A stretch of 64,000 bases of DNA from Eledone cirrhosa (taxonomy: Eukaryota), in contig OZ024745.1 in the NCBI GenBank assembly GCA_964016885.1, positions 93,806,001-93,870,000 of the forward strand, given 5' to 3'. Below the pieces are notes generated by a model. The model searched no databases. It saw only the letters and a program-made list of their open reading frames with translations, and had not been told where the DNA came from. Of the stretch, positions 24,459-38,509 are shown in pieces. Made by a program: the position numbers and the translations under genes. Position 1 is the stretch's first letter. Each line of letters opens with the position of its first letter.

Positions 24459-26244
24459 TACCTATCTTCCGGCCTCTCTAGAGAATCGTAAAAGCACATA
24501 TCGCTATATGCTTTTTCTATGAAAATTAGTAGTGGGCAGACCAACTTGCATAGAGTGTGAGTAAGTACCGGTTCAACGGAGACGATAAAAACAAATAACG
24601 AAACGAAATTAAATTTCGTTTCGTTTGTAACTCACTTTTGTATGACTGACGCTCAAACAATTAAGTCAAATTATTTGTTTTTATTCAGAATGTAAAGAGA
24701 CATAATTACATGCTGTAAAGCATGTTGTCTGATGCTTTACCGATATTTCCAATCAACTGCTCTCAAAATAATGAAATGAATGGTCATTCTCAAAATGGGA
24801 ATATTTATTAATTAAAATAAAATTAAATAAAACAATTTTCTAATTAGTATATTTTCAATGACTATACACCATCAATGTAGAGGCGCATGGCCTAGTGGTA
24901 AGGGTGTTGGACTTACAATCATAATATCGTGGATTCGATTCCTGGGCTGGGTTGCTCCAGTATACTCAGCTGAAAATGAGTACCAGTAGGGGTTTAACCC
25001 TGCTTTGAACTGGTGTCCTGTCCAGTAGGGGAGCCTTGTACTCTCAGTCACTCCATGCCATGAAACCAAGATAAGCACCAGCCTAACAAGCCTCCTGACT
25101 TAAGACAGACTTTAGATACACTACCAATACCACAATTTAACTTTCAATTGATTACAAATGCAACATATTGATAATTTCTATAAGGTAGTGTGACATTTTG
25201 AAAGGTGACCAATAAACCAATGACTTAATACATTGATATTAATATTTAATACACTTTCTCTATTCACACACATTTATATTTATACATCATAATTATTTAT
25301 ATATGGACATCATTTTAGAACAAGCTTCCATGTCAACATGGTTTGGCTGAGTCATTATGGTCTGAATCACTTCTGATTTGGAGCTAATGCCTGCTTAGGT
25401 GTTCCACGTTTGACATGGTTTCTATGACTGAATGCTATTCCTAACAATTACTTGACATATATAGAGAGAGAGAGTGGGGGGGGGGGGGACTCGATTTTTG
25501 TGGGGTTTGTGGATATACATGTGTGCATCTGTGTACTTATTTACCCTTTAGATACCACCCCTGCCCAAAACTACTTGTTTCTATGAAACAAAGCCACCCA
25601 TTTTAAAGAGTTCTTAATTATATAAAATTATGTTGGATGGTTTTAATTTAAGAATATTTTATTGTTACAAATTTTAGTATATACTTCACAAATTCTTCAG
25701 TAATTAATTAAAATACAAAGTATTTCATTAGAAATACAGTAATGAAAGGGTTAATATACAAAGGATTAATATACGAAGTAAGACTTAATACAGAAGCCTT
25801 TATAGTTAGAGTTGTCACAGAGAGCATCAGACTAAATCCCTATTTTTAGTTTCACCCTTCAATAGTGAAAACCAGTTTAAAAAATTAGCCATTCCTTTAT
25901 CTGGTATTAATACAATTAGTATCACTAATAGATAATAAGTTTATTCAATTAGCAATATCTCTGTTGGAAATGTTTACTTATTCTTGGAAAAAAGAAATCA
26001 ATAGTTATACATAATTGATCTAAACCATCAACCATCAAGTGACTTAAGATTATAGAGAATATTTCACAGAACATGGTCTTTCTTATTTTACTAGTTTCAA
26101 TTCTTTGGAATGTGGCTTTGTTGCATCAATACTTTCAATGGGGTATATACTTTCAACTTTAATATTTGAGTTGTGTTTATTTATCCACAAAATGATGAAA
26201 GGAAAAGTTGACCACCAAAACAAGGTTTTAAAAAATATATTACA

Positions 26245-26610
26245 CAGTAATACAGAAGACCGACCTTCCCTTACGTATGAAGTTAAACCTACAGTCAGTA
26301 GGCACCTCTTAACCAAATATACACCCCGCCCCACTACCCCTACTTCCACCTACACCACCCTTTCTCTGTAAAATTATGTTGGTACCACAGAACATCCAGT
26401 CCACACTGTAAAGTGGTTGTGTAGGAGACATGGCAAAAAGGCTCCCAGTGCACAAAATAAATGTGGTTTGTGTTGGGAAGGGCATCCAGCCATAGAAAAC
26501 CTGCCAGAAACAGTTCTATACAAGCGAGACACGGTCACCTGACAAATCTTGCCTCAAATGGGACAGTCCCATCTAACTCATGAATGTTAAACGATGATGA
26601 TGATGATGAT
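26245..26610 (+). mobile_element. RTE 3'-UTR fragment; similar fragments ~365-715, 3515-3845, 26815-27070, 47355-47560, 48575-49245, 55695-56190, 61120-61218
   Basis: Match the 3' UTR of the RTE copies (GGATGCCCTTCCTAACACCAACCAC..., GATGAT tail). Confidence 0.8.
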
Positions 26611-28297
26611 TATTATCAGGTGTGGTTAAGAAGTTTACTTCTCTACCACAAAGGTTCAGGGACAGTCCCACTGTGCAGCACTTTGACCAATGCCTTGTGA
26701 GTGAAATTTGGCAAATAAAAAAACTCTCCCATCATACATATAGGGAATTTACTGATTGCTTTGCGTTTGCTCTTGGTGTACATGCATTCAGATATGTGTT
26801 TGACGGTACTACTTGCTTCATCATCATCATCGATTAACATCTATCTTCCATGCTAGCATGGGTTAGACAAGTTTGTCCCATTTAGGGGCAAGTTGGGTCG
26901 GTGATCGTGTCTTGCTCATATAGGAGAGTTTCTGGCTACTTTACAGCTGAATGCCCTTCCTAATGCCAACCACATTGACAATGTAGGCTGAGTGTTTTGG
27001 GGCTGGTTTTCTATGTCTGGATGCCCTTCCTAACGTCAACCACATTTACAGTGTGTGTTGGGTGCTTTTTGCTTGTTTATATATATATATAGTGTATATA
27101 TGTATAATGTATGTGTGTGTATATTTAAGTAGTTATTGATGGCAAGTAGACTGGTTGGAGCAGTAATAGTCTTTGACAACTGTGTATCCAGTTGAGAATA
27201 GGTACTCGATATCCCTGCATGCCATAAGGGGTGAGTAAAATCCAGTCATGGAGCCACCGTGACTAACCTTTACTTTAGCAGAAAAAATATCCCTGCATCT
27301 GTGTTTATGTCTAACCCATGCAAGCATGGAAAATGGATGTTAAACGGTGATGATGATGATGATGATAACGACTGCTTAATAACTGGTGCTGTTTGTTTAT
27401 GTCGGGTAGCTTTGTAATTTAACAAATAGAAATCGATAAAATAAAGTACTGGGTTGGTATAAACTCTTGAAGATGGTGCCTCTAGCATGGCAGCCGTCCA
27501 ATGATTGAAACCAGTGGGGGGAAAAATCCAAAGAAAAACAAAGAAAATCACCTTCAAATCACACCCTGCTTAAAACAAAAAGTAGGAAGGAAACATTAAA
27601 TAATGCAGTTGTAATTATATTTTATCTGACTAGATGGGATTTTCACAACTGGAATACTTTAAAACAGGGATCACCTTGATCAAAGCTGACCAGTTATGAA
27701 CATGTGGGATAATAACAATTTGTGATTTCTAGGGACATGACTAGGGTATACATATCACCACATCCCATTTCTTTTCTCATTAAAAGTACAGGGCATTGTG
27801 CTCAGTTTAAAAGGAAGCAATACTTAGTTGTTCTCATGTTTAGAGAAGGGGTTAAGCTAAGATTATAGAAACCATGTAAAAACAAATTTAAAACAAATTC
27901 CTAAAAAATCTAAATCTAAACAAAGACAAAGTATATTTTAGCTTTAATAATATACATTACATCATATTACTTAGACAGTAAAATTACATGTGTATTCAAG
28001 ACAGGAACGAGACATTCAGGATTTTCTTCAACAGGACATCAATGAGGGTAAAGACATAATAATGAACCACACAGACTTTACAGAAATTTACTTTGATAAT
28101 TCAAGGCTCTGACAGTAGCAACAGCTTTTTATTTAAACACCATATATAGCCAGAAGGATACTGTCAATAATTTGTCATAAGATAAACTTTTTACAAGTAC
28201 AGCATGTTATCTCCCTTGTATATTTATAGCTCTTAAGATTTAAAATCAAAAATATTATCAATATTGTGAATGTGAAAAGCAATAGACAAATAACATA

Positions 28298-29812
28298 TCA
28301 TCATCATCATCATCATCGTCATCGTTTAACGTCCATCTTTCACACTAGCATGGGTTTGGACGGGAATTTTCCCACTTGAGGCAAGATTGGTTGTCTTGCT
28401 CGTATAGGACTGTCTGGCGGGTTTTCTACGGCTGGATGCCCTTCCTAACACCAACCACGTTTACAGTGTGGATTGGGAGGTTTTTACCGTGTTACCTACA
28501 CGGCCACATTACAGCGTGGACTGTGTGTTTTTTTGTCGTGACACCTACACGCCATCATTTGTTTCGGACTGGATGCTGTGGTACCAACATAACTTTACAT
28601 TGGAAGGGGTGGTGTGGATGGGGTGGGGGTAGTGGGGCCGGGTGTATTTTGTTAGAGGTGCCTACTGACTGTAGGTTTCGCTTTGTACTTAGGCAAGGCG
28701 GGTCTTCTGTATTACTGTGTATCGCCAAAGATCCCGGTCCAGTGACATTGTCTTGGAGAGGTGTAAGTGTGTGAGGTCAGAATTTAGCAAGTCGTCCCAG
28801 GTTTTTCTGGGTCTGCCTACTCCGTGGCTACCGTCTATTTTTATCGCCCTGCACTTTTTTTATACAGCTGTCGTCTTTCATGCGCATCACGTGACCGTAC
28901 CAACGTAGTCTTCTCTCGAGTAAACAGCATCTGATCCCTCTTATTCCTAATTTCTCCCTTAGTTCGTTTATGCTTTGCCGTTCACGTATATTACTATTAC
29001 ACATCCAGCGGAGCATGCAAGCTTCATTCCTCTCCAGTCTGCGTATATCCTCTGCACACAATGCCCAGGTCTCACTGCCATGCAACATTGCTGTTCGTAT
29101 GCAGGCATCATACAGCCTGCCTTTCATTTTTAGAGAGAACCCTTTAGTGGCCAATAGTGGTATAAGCTCTCTGAACTTTTTCCATCCCGTTCTAACTCTA
29201 GCTACTGTACTTTCGGAGCACCCTCCACCACTGCTGATTTTGTCACCCAGGTAACGGAAGGTGTCCACTATTTCTATAGAACCATCTGTGCAATGGAATG
29301 AGCTAGTATTCTGTGGGCACTTGCTGCTACTTATTGCACCAGAGCACCGGCCACATATAAAATCTATATTCTTAGTTAACTTACCTGTGATCCCACTACA
29401 TCTTTTATGCACCCATACTTTGTATTTGGGACATAAAATGGAGTTTCTGCCTACTCCTTTCCTACACACTGAGCATGGCCATTTCCCAGATGGGACTGGT
29501 GCCCTATTTTCCTTCCTACAAACTAGAACTTTAGTCTTAGACAGGTTAATTTTAAGTCCTTTTGATTCTAGGCCATGCTTCCATATTTGGAATTTCTTCT
29601 CTAGTTTGGCCATTGATTCAGCTACGAGCGTTAGATCATCTGCGTATAGGAGTTCCCATGGGCAGCCGGTCTTGAACTCCTCTGTTATAGCCTGAAGGGC
29701 AATAATAAATAGGAGGGGGCTAAGGACGGAGCCCTGATGAACACCAACCTTTATGCTAAACTCTTCACTATATTCGTTGTTAATTCTAACCTTGCCGACT
29801 GTTTCTTTATAC
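28298..29812 (-). mobile_element. 5'-truncated RTE LINE
   Basis: ORF 28828-29814 with GVHQGSVLSP, LLYADD, C4HC3-like Cys cluster and RRLRWYGH; (GAT)n tail. Confidence 0.96.
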
Positions 29813-31372
29813 ATAATTTAACATATATAATAACATGTAGTATTTACAATGTTTGGTTTCATATCTCTTCATTACGAATTCAGAATCTTGTGTGGTTCAA
29901 GAGTAATGGAAGTTGCCAAGATAATATTTCAACTTTGCCTTCTATATTATGGGTTAATATCTAGACTGCGTACAAGCATTAGACTAAATGTTTGACAACA
30001 TAGATTGTAGAGAGGGCAAAACTATGAGTTTAACATTTGTAAAGCTGAGAAGTGTTTGAAAGTTTTGATTTATTATTGGTTTTTATCATATACATTTATT
30101 CCAACCAATATTCAACTTCCATTAATGTTTGTCAGTGGCCCAGCTCCCCCAAAAGTCTCAATGGATATTCCAGTGCCTTAGTCTTGCTATCACCTGCAGT
30201 AATATTGAAAGTGCAAGTGTGTTGGCTTACCTCAAAACTTTTTAGAGAGCGACTCCACTTCCCCTTGTTGTGGTGTGTGATTGAGTGTGGGGTCTTCCCC
30301 CCGCCCTTTTTCTTCATTTGACAATCATTGTTTTCTCCCTTATATATTTAAAAAAATATATATTACATTTTACAAATCAAAATAAAGATAATTAACTGTG
30401 TCACTTTTGTTTGCAGGAGTTAGATCATAAATAAAATTATGAAGAATAGTAAAAAAAAAACAAAAAAAAAACATTCCATTAGACTCGTAGGAGACATTAA
30501 TTACCCTCACCATCACCCATATTTTCATATCCATCATTCACACCCAACTAAGAGTCTCATCAAGGAAAGATGGAGAGGTAATGATAGGGAAGTATGAGAG
30601 CAAGGAGAGAGGCAGACATTTAAACTGATAAAGTATCATGCTAACAGCTATCATCAGGTGGAATGATTTTTCTTTTTTTATCTTTAACTAGGGTTTTTGC
30701 ATTATATGGTCTTTGCTTGTTGTCTCTGACCGATGTCCTTATGTGCTTGCAAAGTATATTGCTGCTGCTAAATTTTGATAAGTTAATGTGATTAAAAGAA
30801 TCCTTTACTAATATTTCAAATGACTGGAATGAATGGAAACAATGAAGGAAAAATGGGGCTTTCATTACTTTTGCCAGGGACAAGATAATTTATCTAGTGA
30901 TGGTAACATGATAAAATGCATCTGACCATAAAAACCATAGAAAACTGGAACATACAAGTAGGATGTAGTCCACAATCCACCATGGTAGTAAGTAAATTCA
31001 AATAAGAATTAATGCAAACCATGATGACTTGTCTAAACCAAGCCAGAATGGGAAAGCTGTCATATAGTGATGATGATGACATATACATTTAGTTAGGTCA
31101 GTAGATACAGAAAAATAATTTAACTTGATGCTGTAATTGTCACTATGAAGCTGTAGTAATCATTATGAAAATGTCAATAATTACACAACAGCCTAACCTA
31201 CACCAGTACAGAAAATCAATACATAATCCTTTAACCCTTTGATAAGAAACCATCTGAAACTGCTCATTTAAAAATATTTATCCTACTAATAAAATCTTTC
31301 AACATAACTTTATTTTAGTAATTTTTGTTAAGTAATGTTCTAAATATCAGCTAAATAATGAAACACTTAAGC

Positions 31373-31487
31373 CAGGCGTTGGCACCTTTCTTTGAGCAGT
31401 GGGCCGCACTACTAAAACATGCAAGGCAATTTTGAAATTAGGTGTGTCATTCAGAAATTAAACCAGGCCACAGTTTGCTCATGACTG
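31373..31487. mobile_element. hAT-type MITE
   Basis: CAGG...CTG ends, 8-bp TSD ACTTAAGC/ACTCAAGC, internal GGGCCG-type subterminal motifs. Confidence 0.7.
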
Positions 31488-31990
31488 ACTCAAGCAGTGC
31501 ATTTCATTTGAAATACAGTAATGAATAGGCTGAAAGAAAATTACAACAATAATAATTGTTTCTACTTTAGGCAGAAGGCCAGCAATTTGAAGGGAAGGGG
31601 AAAGTTGATGAAATCAACCCCAGTGCATTACTGGTGCTTTATTTTATTGACCCCGTAAGGATGAAAGGCAAAGATAACCTCGGTGGAATTTGAAATCAGA
31701 ATGTAAAGGGCTGTTACTCTATGCTGCGAAGCATGTTGTCCGATGTTCTACTGACATTGCCAATCCACCACCCTAAAATCATTATTAATTACAATAATAA
31801 TAATTGTTTCTACTTTTGGCACAAGGCCACCAATTACCCAGTACATTACTGGTACTTTATTTTATCGACCCCCGTAAGGATGAAAGGCAAAGTTAACCTC
31901 GGCGGGATTTGAACTCAGACCGTAAAATAATAATGATTTTTAGAAGTAGTAGAAAGCCATAAATTTGATGTTAAGTAAGGCATGTAAGTG

Positions 31991-34233
31991 ATGTAATAAA
32001 CCGTGGTATATGTCTGGTATTCAACATTATGTAATAAACCACAGTATATGTCTGGTATTCAATATTATGTAATAAACCACAGTATATGTCTGGTATACAG
32101 CATTATGTAATAAACCACGGTATATATCTGGTATACAACATTATGTAATAAGCCACGTTATATGTCTGGTATTCAACATTATGTAATAAACCACTGTATA
32201 TGTCTGGTATACAACATTATGTAATAAACCATGGTATATGTCTGGTATTCAACATTATGTAATAAACCACAGTATATGTCTGGTACACAACATTATGTAA
32301 TAAAACAGTATATGTCTGGTATACAACATTATGTAATAAACCATGGTATATGTCTGGTATTCAACATTATGTAATAAACTACAGTATATGTCTGGTACAC
32401 AACATTATGTAATAAGCCACGTTATATGTCTGGTATTCAACATTATGTAATAAACCACAGTATATGTCTGGTACACAACATTATGTAATAAACCACAGTA
32501 TATGTCTGGTACACAACATTATGTAATAAACCACAGTATATGTCTGGTACTCAACATTATGTAATAAACCACAGTATATGTCTGGTACACAACATTATGT
32601 AATAAACCACAGTATATGTCTGGTACACAACATTATGTAATAAACCACAGTATATGTCTGGTACACAACATTATGTAATAAATCACAGTATATGTCTGGT
32701 ATACAACATTATGTAATAAACCACAGTATATATCTGGTACACAACATTATGTAATAAACTACAGTATATGTCTGGTATTCAACATTATGTAATAAACCAC
32801 GGTATATGTCTGGTACACAACATTATGTAATAAACCACAGTATATGTCTGGTACACAACATTATGTAATAAACCACAGTATATGTCTGGTACACAGCATT
32901 ATGTAATAAACCACAGTATATGTCTGGTACACAACATTATGTAATAAACCACGGTATATGTCTGGTATTCAACATTATGTAATAAACCAAGTTATATATC
33001 TGGTACACAACATTATGTAATAAACTACAGTATATGTCTGGTATTCAACATTATGTAATAAACTACAGTATATGTCGGGTACACAACATTATGTAATAAA
33101 CCACGGTATATGTCTGGTACACAACATTATGTAATAAACCAAAGTATATGTCTGGTACACAACATTATGTAATAAACCACAGTATATGTCTAGTATACAA
33201 CATTATGTAATAAACTACAGTATATGTCTGGTACACAACATTATGTAATAAACCACAGTATATGTCTAGTATACAACATTATGTAATAAACCACAGTATA
33301 TGTCTAGTATACAACATTATGTAATAAACCAAAGTATATATCTGGTACACAACATTATGTAATAAACCACAGTATATGTCTAGTACACAACATTATGTAA
33401 TAAACCAAAGTATATGTCTGGTACACAACATTATGTAATAAACCACAGTATATGTCTGGTACACAACATTATGTAATAAACCACAGTATATGTCTAGTAC
33501 ACAACATTATGTAATAAACCACAGTATATGTCTGGTACACAACATTATGTAATAAACCACAGTATATGTCTAGTACACAACATTATGTAATAAACCACAG
33601 TATATGTCTGGTATACAACATTATGTAATAAACCACAGTATATGTCTGGTATACAACATTATGTAATAAGCCACGTTATATGTCTGGTATACAACATTAT
33701 GTAATAAGCCACGTTATATGTCTGGTATACAACATTATGTAATAAGCCACGTTATATGTCTAGTACACAACATTATGTAATAAACCACAGTATATGTCTG
33801 GTACACAACATTATGTAATAAACCACGGTATATGTCTGGTATACAACATTATGTAATAAGCCACATTATATGTCTGGTATACAACATTATGTAATAAGCC
33901 ACATTATATGTCTGGTACACAACATTATGTAATAAACCAAAGTATATGTCTGGTACACAACATTATGTAATAAATCAAAGTATATGTCTGGTACACAACA
34001 TTATGTAATAAATCAAAGTATATGTCTGGTACACAACATTATGTAATAAACCACAGTATATGTCTGGTACACAACATTATGTAATAAGCCACAGTATATG
34101 TCTGGTACACAACATTATGTAATAAACCAAGTTATATATCTGGTACACACATTATGTAATAAGCCACAGTATATATCTGGTGTTCAATGTTATGTAATAA
34201 ACCACAGTTATATGTCTGGTATTCAATATTATG
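31991..34233. repeat. 38-bp minisatellite, about 59 copies
   Basis: Consensus CATTATGTAATAAACCACAGTATATGTCTGGTACACAA, head-to-tail, no unique spacers. Confidence 0.97.
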
Positions 34234-37200
34234 CACAGTTTGAAATCAAAAAGATACAATTAATAAGATGGAGGGGGGGGGGGAACAAAAGCAAATAAAA
34301 CAAAACATACTAAAGTTATAAAGAAAGATCAAAGGATTGCTGACTCAAAGGGTTAATTAGAAGTAGATCACCTTTACTCTACAACTTAGATCTACTTTAG
34401 TTATACATAGTAAATATAGTACTGATATAAGACTTATGGATGAACCCCAGTTTATACACCATCTATATCAAGATAATCACATTAATTTGCATTATAATGA
34501 TTTTACTAAGGGTGGTGGATTGGCAGTGTTGGTAGAGGGTTGGACGCCATGCTTTGATGTATAGAGTTATGACCCTTGCCATTCTGAGTTCAAATCCCGC
34601 CGAGGTTAACTTTGCCTTTCATCTTTATGGGGTCAATAAAATAAAGTACCAGTAATGTACTGGGTAATTACTGGCCTTGTGCCAAAAGTAGAAACAATTA
34701 TAATGATTTTATTAACCCTTTTAATACCAACCTAGCCAAAACCACACCAATCTTATGATGACAAACTTCTTGTTTTAAATGAAAAATAATATGGAAGAAT
34801 ATTTTTGTTAACCCTTTAGTATTTCCATTACTCTATATTTACTATTGTATTTTCATGGTAAAGGCTTTATCTTAAATAGTATCTCACATAATATCGAATC
34901 TATGAGATTTTGATATTATTTATTTTGAAAACAACACCTTAACATCAGTATCAGTGGCCAGCTACAGTCTGTTTGAACCGAAAGAGGCGAGAGAATTCTG
35001 GCCAGATACAACCAGTTTAAATGCTAAAGGGTTAAGCCATGTACTAAACAATAACTTAATAATATGGTTAGTCATTTTACTACATTCCTTCAAATTGTTA
35101 TTTCCAAAATTAACTGAAAATTATAGGCAGTGTCTTTCATTGCAAATATGTTTATGAATGGGTTAAATAGCATTTACATCTTTAGTTATAGCTTCTTATG
35201 TATGTCCCTTGCCATAAATTAGTAAGTATGGTACACTACTTTCTCAGAACCTAGTCCAGGAATCTACCAACTATATCCCTCCATTGTTTTATATGCTTGG
35301 TAAACACAGATCAGTGCTGAGGGTACTTTTGTACACCGTCTTCAAATGTTCAAGCTGGTGTCTCATCAGGTGGCAAAGTAACTATTGTGTAGGTGTTTTG
35401 GTCCCTTCCTTCACAACACCATAAAAATGTAAGCCTTAATTCCTGATACATGAAAACACAAAACTATGAACCAGGTAAATGATACTGCTTTGTACACAAA
35501 GGTCCTAAAATCATGCTAGATGAACAGAACAGCTGCAGCAGAGAAAAGATGACAAACCAAAAGAAGAGAGCTAGCAGTCTTCAAAATGACCCTGTTCTCC
35601 TCACTTTATCTCAACTGCTGTCAGCATAGCTTGCATGCCCATAGCCTTATCAGTGTACTTATCCTGACTGTAATATATTCTTAGGTCACATATGAGGTCA
35701 TTGTCAAAGTACCAAACCTCATTAGTAATATAAATAACAGACACACAATGTTTCAAATTTGGGAAAGGTGTTAGTTGATTAAATCAACCCCAGTACTTAA
35801 CTGGTATTTTATTTTCCCAGGTAAAAGACAAATTTAACCCCAATGGGAGTTGAACTCAGAATATAAAGAGCTGTAAATTAGTAATACGAATAATGTAATG
35901 ATGTAATGTTTAAATTGAATTTTATTATAGCCAAAGAAACAATTATAAATGAAATTACAGTGTTATATTCTGACTTCAAAAAATAATAGTGTTTAAAGCA
36001 GAACAGCCTTGAAACCACAGAGGAAAATAGAATTTGTCACCAAGAAATGTATAAAGTATCAAGCAGTTATTTAATTTTAGTACAAACTGATTATCTGTGA
36101 TGACAAAATTAACCTAAAACTTAAAACATTGATGCAAATATAAATTGTTTATTCAGATAAAATGAGAGTATTGTGTTGTTTATGTATCTCATCTTCAAAG
36201 TAGGAGGAGCAACAGTAAAGCTTACCCCCTCCCCCAACCTCAGTTTGTTTAGCATAATCAAGATATATACCTTCTGTAATTAGATACTAAATTGACATAA
36301 TAAGGAAGTACAGAAATAGAAGCAAGCAGTACAACAACAACTTCAAAAACAACATCAACTTGTCAAGACGTACTGGCTGCTGCTTACACATGAAAAAATA
36401 CAAAAATTGAAATGTTTGAATCATTTCAATTCTACCAATATTTTGTTTTTAATAGAAATAGAAGCTTTCGAAGTATTTTTGACTAAAGAAATTTTGGCAT
36501 TTATCACCATAACAGTTTCTGATTTAGGTACAAGGCCAACCATTTTTGAGAAGAGGAAAGTCAAATCGATCGCCAGTGCATTACAGGTACTTTATTTTAT
36601 TGACCCCATAAGGATAAAAGGCAAAGTTAACCTCAGCGGGATTTGAACTCAGAAAGAAAAGGGACGTAACTATATGTCACAAAGTATGTTATTCAACACT
36701 CTACTGATATTGCCAAACCACTGCCTTTATCACCACTATAATCATATTTCTAATGAAGGACAATGCCTATGATTTTCAATTAATTTGGAAAATAATGAAG
36801 AATTTGAAGGAACTTAGTATTAAATAACCAACTTTTGCTTTATTAAGCTGATGTCTGTAACATGGCCCGCTGTTATCATTGCTTTAACCCTTTAGCATTT
36901 AAACCAGCTGTATCCGGCCGGAATTCTCTCACTCTTTTCTGTTCAAACTGGCTGTAACAGGGCACTCATACTGATGTTAAGGTACTGTTCTCAAAATAAA
37001 TAATATCAAAATCTCATAGATTCGATATTATGTGAGGTAAAGCCTTTACCATGAAAATACAATAGTATATATAGAGTAATGTAAATGCTAAAAGGTTAAA
37101 AGCAAAGTAGTGTGATTTAGAGATTGCTTGCTTCCTGAAAGTTGCATGGTCGTTTGTTGTCAAAGTTTGCAAAAATCTACAAGCCACTGATGGGGATTCT

Positions 37201-37380
37201 ACAGCAGCAGCCAAATGTAAAATGCCTGCTGATGGTCCTAAAATCATCAGAGTACCAAAATATGTATGAAAGGTGCAGAAATGCATAGATAAAAACCCCA
37301 GAAAGTTAATTAGCGCCACACACACACACACATATATTAAAAACAAAGCAAGGTTTCACATTATGGTCTTTATTGATTAT

Positions 37381-37472
37381 ACACAGTTACGACCATTTCA
37401 CAAATGGGTGGTTCAGGAGATCTTTAAATGATGAAGACCAGACTCCAGCTCGATCTGCTCATCAGACTTGTA
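37381..37472 (-). ncRNA. Degenerate type-I hammerhead motif with long stem II
   Basis: Minus strand TACAAGT-CTGATGA-GCAGAT...ATTTGT-GAAAT(GGTC)GTA-ACTGTGT. Stem II has G.U pairs, GAAAC>GAAAT is consistent with CpG decay, stem I has one bulge. Confidence 0.55.
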
Positions 37473-37621
37473 AACCAAGCAAAACCAAATATATATGTAT
37501 ACATACACATATATAGATATATATACACACACACACACATATATATACATATATACACATACACACATATATATACATATATACACATACACACACATAT
37601 ATACATATATACACATACATA

Positions 37622-38072
37622 TGTAGTGAAATCTGTCCATGCCTTGAACCCTGGGTGATACCTAAAAGTCAAATTCTAGGTCACCATCCTTTTCGGTGTG
37701 GACGGGTTCATGCGTGGGCGATCCCTCGAGGTGGGAGACAAAGCTACAGGTATAAAAAGCCTGTATCATCCCACATCTGACACACAGAGATCGGAGCAGT
37801 ACGCTATAGAATAGCTATGTAAAGATTCACCACTACCTACAGGCCGCTGAGGTCTACAGACAACCACAGACCATTACTCTCTCCCTCTCCTGGTCTCAGA
37901 CTACACCGACCTCATGAACCTACAATAAAATAACATCGTCAACCTTTGCGACTCGTGGTAACTTGTTTATTGTTCCTTTTGACCTGAAGTGAAGTAAACC
38001 ATTTTATATATAAAGTAAATCAGCTTTTCATGTTATTTCATCTAACAACCACTACTTTTACCCTTCGTTACA
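37622..38072 (+). mobile_element. Solo LTR (probably Gypsy-type)
   Basis: TGTAGTGAA...TTCGTTACA termini, TATAAAA and AATAAA inside, inserted in a TA/CA microsatellite; homologous to 19048-19802. Confidence 0.8.
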
Positions 38073-38509
38073 TATATATATATATATATACACACATATA
38101 TATATACACAGACACACATATACATACAGAGAGAGATAACAGTTGGCAGAGAATGCTGATTTCTGGCATAAATGAAAGCATTTTAGAATATGCCCGATTG
38201 TTATATTTTTAATTGTGTTTCATGCATTCTAAATAAAATTCTAGAACCATTTTGTATGCAAATATCTTTTCAATCTAAATCTAGAAAAATATTTTAAAGT
38301 TTATAGGTCCTCTGTCAAATCCATTGATGAGTGTTCCAGTTGTAACAACAGAACAGTTTGCTTATGAAATTAATCCTTTAGTTACCAACCCAGCCAAAAC
38401 CAGCTCTGGTACTGTGAAACAAAATCACCCATTTGAAACGCTTCCAATTCAAATTACAATCTTCCAACATAATTTTATATAAGAACTATACTTTAAGTTA
38501 CAAGCTCTG

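Noticed and set aside
30230-30320. Donor-like GAG|GTAAGC on the minus strand
   Set aside because: No convincing acceptor or coding signal to define an exon.
31991-34233. CRISPR-like array
   Set aside because: Units are contiguous 38-mers with point variants only; no unique spacers, no cas genes, eukaryotic context.
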